Of a stretch of DNA of 64,000 bases, positions 1 to 11,673 are shown one piece after another. Position 1 is the first letter of the stretch, and every line of letters starts with the position of its first letter. Origin of the DNA: Camelus ferus (taxonomy: Eukaryota); NCBI RefSeq assembly GCF_009834535.1, contig NC_045696.1:109494001-109558000 (forward strand). The letters are read 5' to 3'. The position numbers were made by a program, and so were the translations under genes. The notes below the pieces were generated by a model. The model saw only the letters and a program-made list of their open reading frames with translations. It ran no database searches and was not told the DNA's origin.

Positions 1-1100
1 GTATCTCAAAATAAAGACAGCACAGTAAGTTCTTATAGGAATTTACAAAAAAAAGTACAGCTGTACATATCACACTGAAACTGCAGAACAGAAAAGAAAG
101 AGAAATTCTCAGAGCTACTTCTAGAGTCCAATTACAGATTACCTATAAAAGTCAAAAACTAGACCAAGAAGAGTCATCTCTAAGTAAATAATAGATATAC
201 TTGAAAACAATGGAATAGTTTTCAAAATGCTGAAAGAAAATTACCACCGAATTCAAATTTTGTAACTAAATGGTAATTCAAGAGGGCAAATAGAGATTTT
301 CAAATTTAGTAATCACGAATCCTCACTAAAATACACCACTGAAGGATGAAGTTCATAAAGCAAGAAGCCAAACACAGATGCAAACAATACGAAGAGTGGT
401 GGTAATTGTTGATTGTGGAGGGCAGAAAAGAAGGAATCAGAGTAAGACGCACTGATAATGTGAAGAATTGGAAGGGAAATTTTGGCTTTAAAATCTTCGG
501 TCCTTGGTTTGCTTGCAGGGAGAGTGGAAGAATTAATTAACTTTAGTCTTTGTTAAGTAAGTCAGTCATGTTTGTTAAAACGTATGGGTAATCATTCAGA
601 AAAAAGACATTGAGTGCGTACCTTCCAAAGTGGAAGAGAGTAAGAAGTAGAAAACGCATTAACCCAGAGAAGGCTGGAAAAGCAAGAAAGCAAGAAAGAA
701 AGGAAGAAAGAAAGAAAACAAACAAAAAACATTACGGTAGATAGAAGCACCACAAAATGAGGTAGATATGAATCTAGATTTATCAAAGATGGACTATTCT
801 CACCACATCAAAGCTAGAGAATCTCAGATTGGATTAAAAAGAGAGAGAGAAAATCTGGTTCCATGTTCCTTAAAGGTAAAAGCTGAAAATCCAGGGGCAA
901 AAAGAATGTGTATTGGAAGAATGCCAAATAAAAGAAAGAATCCTCTATTTTAAAAACAGAGAAAAATGTTTACGGCAAAGAGCACAACAGATTGCGAGAT
1001 GCTGGCAACGTCTACAGCTGACTAGGAACGAATATCTAGACTATACAAAGATCTTCTGCTAATCAACAAGAAAAAAGATCAGAAACACAACAGAAAAATG
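1..1100 (+). mobile_element. Old L1 (L1M-type) fragments, ORF1-like then ORF2-like pieces
   Basis: A-rich + strand; L1-like segments tggaatagttttcaaaatgctgaaagaaaa and atatctagactatacaaagatcttctgctaatcaacaagaaaaa. Confidence 0.65.
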
Positions 1101-1554
1101 TGTGAGGGTCTGGGCAGGTGGCCTGCAGTGCCAGCAGGCTCTGTCTCCTCTCCTTTTCTCTGAATGTCACTGCCATTGTCTTCCCTTGTAAACCTCTGTC
1201 CTCTTCATGGCTGAGTCATGGTCAGCAATCAGCCCACCTGCTGCCCTTCATTTAGTTCCAACTTGAAAAACTCCTGGAGCAGGACTCTGATGGTTCCACT
1301 GGGTCATGTGCCCAGAGGCAGGGCAGGGTCTCTGGGTGGGGGGGGCTTCTCCTGGAGCCACGTGTTTGAATAGGGGCCCTTTTCTGAAACAAGGGGGAGC
1401 GCTGTTCTCAGGAGAGGGGCTGAGCAGACAAGACCATTAAGACTTCTGTGGAGAGGAGACATCAGAAAGGAAGAGGTTTGGTCCTGCTGAGGGAAAAGAA
1501 GCAAGCTGAATGAGGGCATTGATGATGGGGAAGAAAGCTGTATGAACTCGGGCT

Positions 1555-2020
1555 TGGATTAGGGTCTACTGCTGCTGTAACAAATCACCATAAACCTAGT
1601 GGCTTCAAACACAAATGCCCTTTGATGGTTCTGGAGGACAGAAGACCTAAAATTGAGATGTTTGTAGGGCTGTGCTCCTTCTGGGAGCTCTAGAGGAGAA
1701 TCTGTTTCCTTGCCTTTCTGAGCTTCTAAAGGCCACTGACATTCCTTGGCTTGTGGCCCCTTCCTCCATCCTCAAAGTCAGCAGCTTAGCATCTTGAAAT
1801 CTCTCCCCTTCTCACCTAATTTTTTTTTCTGACTCTGACCCTCCTGCCTCTCTTATAAGGGCCCTTGTAAATACATTGGGCCCACTCATATAATCCAGGA
1901 GAATCTCCCTATTCTTAGAATCTTATCTGCTGAATTCCTTTTGCCGTGTAAGGCAACGTATTCGTGGGTTCTGAGTATTAGGACACAGGCATTGGAGAGG
2001 CCACTATTTTATCTACTTCA
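1555..2020 (-). mobile_element. MLT1-type (ERVL-MaLR) LTR
   Basis: gctgctgtaacaaatcaccataaacctagtggcttc...ttctggagg...cattccttggcttgtggccccttcctccatc, typical MLT1 sequence. Confidence 0.8.
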
Positions 2021-2064
2021 GGGTTCAGTCAAACCAGAGCCAACATAAGATACACACAGATACA

Positions 2065-2105
<41 letters not shown>

Positions 2106-2457
2106 ATTAAGCAATTTATTTCAAAGAATTGATTTATACAATTGCGATAGCTGAATAAGCACATCCAGAATTCATAGAGCAGGCTGTCAGTCAAGGATGA
2201 TTACAGGCTTTGGGCCGAAGCTTCTGTTCAGGGGAATTAATCTCTCTCTCTCTCCACCCTGCTTTTAAGGACTTCTGATTAATTGAATCATGCCCACCCA
2301 GATTATCTAGGATAATCTTCCTTAAAGAAGTCAACTCATTATGTATATTTTAATTACAGCCACAAACTTCCTTCACAGCCAACACCTAGATTAGTGTTTG
2401 ATTGAATAACTGGGGACTGTAGCCTGGCCACATTCACACCTCAAAAACACTGTCACA
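2020..2457. mobile_element. MLT2-type (ERVL) LTR with internal microsatellite
   Basis: cccacccagattatctaggataatcttcc...acacctagattagtgtttgattgaataactgggg...tcaca, typical MLT2 sequence. Confidence 0.75.
2065..2107. repeat. (TATATG)n microsatellite
   Basis: Six perfect TATATG units followed by TATATAT. Confidence 0.95.
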
Positions 2458-3289
2458 GGAGCAAAGGGCAGTGACATCCAGGGCAAATATAGAACAATAG
2501 GTAATAGGTATCCCCACAAGGAGGGGTGTGGGGGCTTGGGGGCTTTGCTGAAGTCACTGATGGGAGGGAGCTGTGCTTAGGGCCGAGCTTCTGCAAGGAG
2601 GCCTGAAAGGAGGCATTGCACCCTCTTCTCACCACAGTTTGAAAGTCCCATGATCCGGTGTGCTTCCCTCCTGCACACAGAGCTGATGCTCAGCATATCA
2701 CCAGCATCTCAATGCCCCTTCCTACGCTGCCTGCCATCGTTTGTTCTGTGACCGCAGCAGCAGGTCACAGACCCCTGGGCTGCAAATATGAATCGGCAGC
2801 AGCGTTGGAAAGGTAGGTGAGCTCACGTCTGCTGCTCCGAGGGCTGCAGCTGGTAGGCGGCAAGTATTTGCTTAGCTAATCTTTCCCCATCTAAAGATGC
2901 TTACTGATGACTTCAGGAGTCCTGAAACCTGCAGGTAGAGAGCCCAGCCAAACAAGCCATGGGGGTGATGAAACCACATTCCCTTGCACTTGCCTTCAAG
3001 AGCTCCAGGCAAGGCAGCGTGGATGTTCAAAGGAGTTGGGAGGTGAACGGAAGCCCACAGTCAGAGCTCATTGTGGGGTACTCCCGGCCCACACGACAGC
3101 ACAGACAGACTCCCATTGTGTGAGCAGACCCCATACCCAGATGGGCAGATGGCCAAGGGGAGTGCCGAGAAATCAAGGGAATGTCTCTGTTTTATCCCCA
3201 TTCCTTTGTAATGGGTTTTCACAGAGGTTGGGTCTTGTCTCCAGGAAAGAGGTGCTAGAAGGAAGGATTTGGGTTAGAGTTCAAGGGGA

Positions 3290-3478
3290 CCTACTGGTGT
3301 CTGGGCGGTGGTCCCTGTACCAGCAGCATTGGCATCACACGGGAGCTTGGTAGAAAGACGGATTCTCATGCCCTCTCCCACATCTACTGAACCCGAACTG
3401 GAGGTGGAGCCTGGCATGCTGTTTCAACACACCCTCTAGGCAATTCTGATGCACCCTGGGTTCGAGAACCTCTGCTCT
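3290..3478. mobile_element. MER5A-like hAT-Charlie DNA transposon fossil
   Basis: gtggtccc...accagcagcattggcatcac...gggagcttg...ctactgaa...gttcgagaacctctgc. Confidence 0.75.
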
Positions 3479-6400
3479 CAGGCGCATATCGGAGCGCTGA
3501 TTCACAAGCAGAATGTCCCCAGTGAGGTGGCTGTGATATTCTTGTCCCCGAGGGAGTCATCAGAGTGATTAATAGGAAATAATCACGTTAAACTGAAAAG
3601 GTTCCCAGGAAACATGAGTCTCTGATATAGAGCTGTAGTTGATGGGAGGAACTTTGGGGAGCATCCTAGACTGGCCAGCGAAGGCCTCCCAGAGCTCCGT
3701 GTGCAGCAGGGAGTGTGGTGAGGGTGGGGGTGGGACAGAGCTTTCTTAGCCTCAAGGAGCCTGGTGGTCACGTGTTGGAATTCGGAGAATCTCCAGGAGA
3801 GCTCTGGGCACACAGGCTTGCAGTGCTGAGCTGAATTCCATTTCAATCTCTTTTTTCCCATAGGTAGTTGGAAAATAACAAATGCTTTTGGAGGCCAAGG
3901 TCAGGGGGTGCTCTAACTAATGATAATTATAGCTTCAAGTTAAATACTGTAGGTAAACAGGGAATTTGAGAAATTGGCTTGCTTTCCCCCTTGCTCCCAC
4001 TCCTGCCCTCATATCCTGTGTTTAGACTGGACATTTCACGGCACAGAGAAGACCTTGACGCCCTGGAGGACCCCTCCGGCAACAATGGGGATCACTGCGG
4101 CCCACTCCCCACTCCCCTGGGTGGTGGCCTGGGAGGGAGGGACAGAGGGTGTGGGTACCAGGAAAGGATGTTCTGGTTGCTTTTATGTAAACATGGCTTT
4201 CAGATGGGAAAGAGGCTAGCATGCCTTGCTTGGCCCCCTGCCATGACCTCTCCTGTAACAGTTTCCTTTCTTTTCTCACACAAGTCTGGGACCTGAGGAA
4301 ACTTTTCCGAGAAAGACTTTGGGCATTTTCTGCGGTGCTGATTAAAACCCTCTCTCTCTGTCTGCTTGAAGGCTGGATCCCACGCAATTTCTTCTATCTT
4401 TCCCTGTCCACGCCCTGCAAATGTTTCTCCCTCTTCCCTTGTGCTTGCTGATCTGCAGAGTGGAGAGGGGAGGAAGGCAGATGGAGGAGAAGGCAAGGGG
4501 AACTCCTTGGGAGGCACATGGGAGAGTCCAAGACTTGAGGCCGTGGAAGGAGCAGCCCTCAGTCCAGAAAAGTTCAGATATAAGTTGAAGTGTTGGAGAG
4601 AGGAGAACTGGAATAGAGGCTCCTTGGGGCAAAGATGCCCCCGGCCAATGTGCTGCCCGGGGATGACTGCAGAAGACCAAGCAGATGGCCTGACAACCTG
4701 CATCCTGGTACAGCCTGAAGTGACTGAGCCACCCACCACTGGAGAAAGGGCAGAGTAGGGACCAGATGGGCAGACTTCTACCCATTTAAAGACTAGACAA
4801 AAGACTCAGCTTGGACCAAATCATATATATTGTTAGGAATCAAATAGCCTCTGTCAGGCTCCAGATCCATTATCTTTCAAGTCAGAATTCTCGTGTCCCA
4901 GAGGGCCTCATCTCAAGTCCACTTGTCTTCCTGATTCTTTGCAAATTTAGCAAATGAGGTTCTACGAGGAGATACCCCATTTGGGACAAACCCCCCCATC
5001 TTAGATGGTGACTTGCATTTGTGTGAAGTCTAACGTGGCATGGGGCTCTGGCCTCAGGGAGAAGGAACAAGAAGTAACAGAATGGGACCAGGTATCTTCC
5101 CACAGTGCTGTCTCACTCAGAGTGCCCGCATAAAGCCCAAAGGGGATTTGCTTCAAGACCCCAGATAGTAGCTGCTGAGTCCCCATTTTAATTTGGTGAT
5201 GAGTCCTTGGGGTCCATATGGTCCTTGGGTGTGGGGTTAAATAGCTGTCAGAAGTGAGGATCTCTTTCCCGAGAGGCAGCTGCCGACGAAGCCTGAACCC
5301 CAGGGGTGGCCTCCTGGATGTCCACTTGGGTCTCCCCAGCCTTAGAAGAGTCCACTTCTGCCTCCTACCCCTCCCCCTGCTCCTCATTGTCTCTTGAGCT
5401 CCTTGCGTCCACGTCCTTGGTCTTGAGATGCTTGCTCACCATCCCCCACCTCTCCTTAGCCATCAGGTCATGACCTTCTCCCCTGCTGACATCCCCTGTT
5501 CCCCTGCCATCCCTGACTAGAGGCTTCTTTGACCTTGTCCCAAGACCTTTCACTGGCCTCCCTGCCTCTAGGCTGTCTTCCCTCTCCTCTTTCCCTCACT
5601 TGGTTAGAGGTTAACCTTCCTAAAAAATGTTTAACATGTGTCATCCTTGCTCAGAAGTCCTCGGTGATGGCCAGAGAGAAAATTCTGTGGCTCCTCTCAG
5701 GCATCCATCCTCTTGCTTAACTTGGTGTCCTTCTCTGACCTAGCCAGAGCTTTCTCAGATGAACCAGATCATCCTCTGACCCCAATTCACACTTGTGTTT
5801 TTCCACTCCTCATCTTGTCTCCTGGGCCTCGGGCGGCCCCTTTTCTCCTCTCCACTCTTTGATCTCAAAAACCTAGGTCCAACCTCACTTTCTTCAGGGA
5901 GCACTCCCGCACCCTCTTGTATTCCGAGCCCCTCTGACATCATTACTTGTACTTGGCTCCTCTGGCCTCAGCCTTGAGAATAATTGCTGCTGTTGTGTGC
6001 ACACCTCATCTCATTAACACATCGCCCCAGAGGGGTCTAGCTCTGCTTGACCCTTGGCCTCCCCGAGAATATGTTTGGCCTACTGATATTCAATAAATAT
6101 TTGCTTATCACATGACTTCAAGTGTTCCTTTTGGGCAAAACTAGCAATGATGTACCCCCTGCCCACCATGCCCCCAGCCCCCAATAGACCTGTCAGAGCT
6201 GGCAGGCCAAGGGAATTGTGAACTGTGTCTGCACCTTTGCCGGGGGTGGGGGGGGGGCCTGTTTCAGTCTTCACAGGGAAACATGGCATCGAGTGAAGGA
6301 TGAGTCTTCAGGGAGGAGGGGATCCCCCGTATAACCATGACTGCCCTGGAATCACAAGTGTGATGGCGTCAGAGGGAGGGTCCACAGGCTCCTGTGGGAG

Positions 6401-7440
6401 TATGTGTCAGCAGGGGAGCAGCCTAAAGAAGGGACCGGCTACGCTTGCTGGGGAAGTGATGTTCAAACAGCTTGACAGGGGAGACAGAGTCAGGCCGGCA
6501 AGGAGGCACAGGGCGGGTAGGGGGACAAGAAGAGGGCCGAGGGCAGCACGCACAAGGAGTTGGACCCCAGATGAAGAGGGCCAAGTTCAAGGAGTTGACA
6601 GAAGTTCAGTGTGAAGGGGCTGCTGCTGCCTCCCCAGCAGGCCAGCCGTGCGAGGTCAGGAGCCCCTTACAGGTCAGCGTGCTGCAGGCTCAGGGTTTGA
6701 GTGAGTCTGGAAAAGCCAATCAGTCTGGAGTTCTGCCTTTTATAAGTTCTAGAAAAACTGGTGAGTTGCCATTCTCCATCCTGGGGAGAAACGCCTGCAG
6801 AGTGACTCTCTGGTCCTTGTGAGAACTTGCCATCAGCCGGGAAGGCAGGGCATTCCAAGACAGCTTGGAAAGAAAGGAGGGGGAGCAGTTTCCACTTGTG
6901 GAGAGAAGGAAGGCCCCTCCATCCCATGTGGGCATCCTGGACTCTGGCTCACACAGAGGAGAGATCTGTGCATTTGGGGGAAATACTCATGGACTGTGAG
7001 CAGTCAGGACCCTCCAGGTGTGGCTGGAAGGCAGAAGAACCTGGGAATGAAAAAGGGGGCCCCAGGGCACGGGAGTGGAGCCCAGAGCTGGTCAAATCGA
7101 GGATGAGAGGGGCTGAGGCAGGGAACGGACACCTGCCTAGGAGGCCTTGGCTGTCAGGGTGTTTGCCCAGAATGGACAATAATGAGTAATAGAGGAATTA
7201 AGAAAATAGCTGGGTAAATTTGGAGAGATTTTGAACAATTGAAAAATAAAGCCACTCAGTCACCTGGAAAGCAGGTGAGCACAGACTCCTGATAGAGCTG
7301 GAGGAGGAAGTGTGAGGGGCCCAGGAAAAGGGGCCCAGGTTTCTAGCAGGGTCAGCTAAGGACATCTGGGCCAGAGGGACAGGATTCTGTCACTGAATGA
7401 GGGAAGGGGACCAAGGGAGTCGCAGGGCATGCCCCAGTGC

Positions 7441-7705
7441 CTCTGGTGATTGCCAGAAATCCTCAGTGTTCCTTGGCCTGTAACCACATATCTCCGTTCT
7501 CTGCCTCCATTGTCCTGCGTCTCTGTATCCAAAGTTGCTCTCCTCATAAGGACACCAGTCATTAGATTAAGGCCCACCCTACTCCAGTCTGACCTCCTCA
7601 TAACTTGATTAGATCTGCAAAGACCCTAAATAACGTCCCATTCACAGGTACCAGGGGTTAGGCCTCTGACATATCTTTTTGCAGAACACAGTTCAACCCA
7701 TAACA
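7441..7705 (-). mobile_element. MLT1-type LTR fragment
   Basis: ataaggacaccagtcattagattaaggcccaccctactccagt...cacaggtaccaggggttagg...ttcaacccataaca. Confidence 0.8.
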
Positions 7706-7880
7706 CCCAGCAAGGAGGCTGGGGGCAGCATGGGCGGCAGAGAATATCTTTAACAGAGACAGAGGGAGTTGGATGGAGGGGTGAGCTCAGTTGTGAGGAT
7801 CATAGCAGAGATGCTGGGGGGCTGCAGGGGAGGTGAAGTGGAGGCTCATGGGGCATGGTGGCGAAAAATATTACGGTTTC

Positions 7881-8400
7881 CCTGCCTGGGGCATCTGCAG
7901 GTGGTGTAGTCCTTTGGGTTCATTTCCTTGGTATTTGGACTGTCATTGGTCAGTGGGAAACCAAGAGCACCAGGTTCCATGTCCCTTCAGCCATCTCCAG
8001 GAGGTCAAGTGTTGGGACATAGCACAGTGCTTAGGAGGGACATTTCATCCTCTTGAGGCATCTGATGGGATAGAGAGGCTTGAATGTTGGACAAAAAGCC
8101 TTTTCCCTCTCGCTGTCCTTCCACCTGCCAAAAGAAAAGCAGAGAGTGTGACCACAAAAGTGTGACAGTTATCTTGTGTAGAGGCAATCTGCTCTGAACA
8201 TCTTAGCCTGGCTGCCAAGGGACAGAGTTTTAAGGGAGCTGCTGTTGGTTTTGGAATGATGGTGTCTTAGAAGGAAGTGGGCACCTATGAGATCAGCAGT
8301 TGGATCGATCCCCAGCAGGCAGAGGAATGCCAGGGTGACCAGGATGGGGTGTGAGAAACCTTCCATGCAGGAAAGCATCTCTCCAGTGACAAGCCTGTGA
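7881..8400 (-). mobile_element. Highly degenerate non-LTR retrotransposon reverse-transcriptase relic (Rex1/Babar-like motifs)
   Basis: Manual minus-strand translation gives collinear RT-like motifs: VPTSF*DTIIPKP...CPLA...RCSEQI (8284-8186), RLFVQHSSLSIPS (8101-8063), WNLVLLVSH*PMTVQI...DAP (7979-7887). Confidence 0.5.
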
Positions 8401-9689
8401 CAAGGAAGTCCCAGCCTCTGTGAGTACATGTGGTGGGGGTGGCGGCCGGGCACGCCTGTCTGTTGCGTGTATGTGACTCCGGAATGCCTTAGCCTTAGGG
8501 AAAGCTCTGACACTGAGCAGTGAGAGGGGACAGTGTGATGATTAGTAGGCCCAGCATCGTGGTGTCCATGCCTGTCCGTGTCTTGGTCTCTTGTGGTTGG
8601 GGGGGGGGCAGCCTCTTATCTCAAGCGTCTGCTATCTTCAACTCTGTTACAGGTTCTGGAAGCTTGGTTCTCAGACCTCCATGGTGGCTTTGATGGGGCT
8701 GGTCATGACGTGGTTCATCAGGAGCTCAGCAGCCTCTGTGGGGTGATGGGATGGCTGGGGTAGGTGGGCACAGGCTACCCAGGCAGGGGCATCCCTGGGC
8801 AAAGGCTCCTTCCTCAGCCCGCCAGGGTACTCACTGCTCCCAATGGAACCTCAGGCTCCTCACCTGGCGGCCTTGGGAGAACACCCAGACATCCACCTCC
8901 TTACTGCTCAGCCTGAGTCTGCAGTCTCTTGTCTGCTAAAAAATCCTGGCAGGACCAAGAGGCGAATACAAGCCCAGGGTTTTATTTCTCCAAGTGGAGA
9001 TGTTTGGGAGCTCTGATGTGCAGCTGGCCCTGAGTGTCTTTCTGATGACAATGAAAGAATTTACAAGGGCTTATTAAGTAACTGATTTATCTCCTTAGGG
9101 GATAAATGGGTACAATAGAAGGAAAAATAATACCTGTTTCTTCAAGGAATTTACAGTCCATTTTGATAATTTTATATCCGCTTACTTAACGGCTTACGGG
9201 TGCCTACATAACTGGCAGTGTCAGTCACTGAAATGTATTCCTTCCCATCGATGTGCACATCATCAGATGTCTGCCGAAGGACTGCCTCCTCCTCATAAAG
9301 TAGCAGCAGCATGTCTGTGGTCACTCCCCTACTCTGCCCCGCTGGCTAGCGGCAGCTAAGTGCTGGGTGCCAGGACTGCCGCGGGGCCCCGAACACTTGA
9401 GGTGCTTGTAATTGCAGCCTGGGCTCAGTGCCACGAAGGAACAATGCAGAATGTGTAACGGGAGGGACATTCTTTGCCACCATACAGACAGGTGAATAGA
9501 AGCCAGCCAATGGAGGGGGTGGGAATGGAGAGCCCCCCCCCCCGGTAGAGAGAATGGCCCCCACCCCCAAAGACTCTGGGGCAGCACATCATCTCACAGG
9601 GGCCAAGGATTTTCCAGGAATGCACCCGAGGAGAGGCCATTGCGGTGGGAAACTTGGCGAGATCAGCGGTGGGTGGGAGATGGAGCAGG

Positions 9690-10330
9690 GAGGGCCCTGT
9701 AGGCTGGGCTGCTTTCTGATTTTAATCAGAGCTGATGGGAATGCATTGGAGGGTTTTTCAACAGGGTCATGACAGGCTCTGATCTCCATTTTCAGAAGCT
9801 CAATGCTGACCTACGATATGATGGAATTTCTGTAATGTACGAATCAGGCAAACTGACCCACGCTGCTAGGTGTGGGGGGAGTCGTTACCTTGGCGATGGG
9901 TGGTGACTGAGAGGGGCGCTCAGTGGCTTCTGGGAAGCTGGAAGTGTTCTGTTTCTCCATCTGGGTCCTGGTCCTTCACGTGTCCTCCGTGTGTGAAATT
10001 TATCAAGCTGTACCCTTAAGACGTGTGCCTTTTTTGATGAGTGCTATACATAGAAAGTTTCTTAAAAGATTTCTCTGGCTGCTGGTTAAAGACTAGATTA
10101 GAAGGAGGAAGGAGTGGGTTTGGAAAAGGGTGGGAACTTGTGGCAGTGGCCTGGGTGGCATCTGAAGGTGGCGCGGAAGGAGGGTGGCAGTAGAGGTAGA
10201 GACATGGCACGGGGTCGAGCCTTGGCTTGGAGGTTGAAGCACCAGGGTGAGCACTTGAAGCCAGAGGAGGCAGTGCGGAATGACAATATGGTTTGGGGCA
10301 TGTATTTCAGTTACTGGTCTGAAGTCAAAG
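9690..10330. mobile_element. L2 fragments interrupted by an old L1 3'-end piece (about 9840-10060)
   Basis: L2-like gatgggaatgcattggagggttttt and gcagtggcctgggtggcatctgaaggtgg; L1-like ggcttctgggaagctggaagtgttctgtttctccatctggg...tcaagctgtacccttaaga. Confidence 0.6.
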
Positions 10331-10764
10331 TTGAAATGTGTGGGAAGCAGGGCGTTGAGGAGGGAGGTCTGTACCCCAGCTGTGGACTGGAGGCTCTGGA
10401 ATTCCGCCGAGGATGACATTTTGGGTGGGTGAGCAATTGCCTAGGGCTAGCGTGTGCAGAGAGAGATGGGCCAAAGGGCTGAGGACAGAATCTGGGCACC
10501 ATGCACATGGGGTGGGGAGGCAGAAAAGAGCTCCCCAAGGGTTTCTAAGGAAGACCACTTAGAGAGACAGCAAGATTCAGGCATGCCAATGACATCACAG
10601 ATGCAGGGGAAACGAGAATGTCAGACGCTGCAGAACTTAGGTAAAGCCGTTGGGGAGTCTGCTGGATTTGGCAATTAGGTACCTGGCAATCTTGGTGAAA
10701 GCAGGTTTAGTGAAGCCTCCTTCCCCCAAACTCTTACGATTGGGCCACTGGGTGGAGCAGAAAG

Positions 10765-10945
10765 AGGGTGTGACTTGGTATCCAACGGCTGCTACCATTT
10801 ACAAACTGTGTGATGAGACAATTTTTTAAGCTTCCCTGAACCTCAGTTTCCTCATCCATAAACCAGCGGAATCATGCCGCCTCTCAGGGCGGTATGAGGA
10901 TTCACTTTATGCAGCAGGCATTCACTGGACATTTGTTACATGCCC
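10765..10945 (+). mobile_element. MIR SINE
   Basis: MIR core ctgtgtga...cttccctgaacctcagtttcctcatccataaa. Confidence 0.75.
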
Positions 10946-11640
10946 GAGAGTTGGCCAGATGTAGACAGGGTGACCGACCAATGGGGAGACAGAAATTAGT
11001 AAGTAAACAAAGAATCCAGACAATATGAAGAAAATGGATAACTCCTTGGTGCTTCCCTGTGGCCTTAAGCCAGCCACGAAGGCAGTGGGGTCCCCCCTTC
11101 CTGGCCAGCTTCCTGGGATCAGCTCCCAGGGTCCTGTGCTCTTCTGATACCACACCCCACACCCCACTTTCTATCTGAAACACTAACTTCCCCTTCCTTG
11201 AGGTCAGGAAGGGAAGGGCTTAACTGCAAACCCTTCAGGGAGGTGAGGGGAAAATATTAGCCTCCCATCTTGTTGTGCAGAGAATAGGAAGCGCATAAAA
11301 TAGGTGAAGTCCCCATATTAATACAGTCTCAATGTTCATTTCCTGCCACAAATGGATTCAAAGCAGTTTCCCTAATGGCACCTTGTTGCACCTAACAAAT
11401 TTCTCTCGTGGCAACTGCCAAAAAAGACGAGTGGCACTTGTTTTCCATGAAGGAAAGCTTTTTGACTTGAAAAAAAAGTGACTTTGGGAGTCTCTGAAGA
11501 ATTTGGACACATCTTTGCATAAATGTCAATGATAAGTTTGTTTCAGAGTTTTTGTTTTTCTGGGAACGCTCAAGCACCACGCTTCTAGCTAATCTGATAA
11601 ATTCATCTGGTCTCATGTGATCATGTTTCATCTCTTCCAG

Positions 11641-11642
<2 letters not shown>

Positions 11643-11672
<30 letters not shown>
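11643..11672. repeat. poly(T)30
   Basis: Direct count. Confidence 0.95.

Positions 11673-11673
<1 letters not shown>

Noticed and set aside
8440..8513. HSGVTYTQQTGVP as a Penelope-like RT motif
   Set aside because: Single short resemblance with no following GSP motif, and out of order relative to the RT relic next to it.
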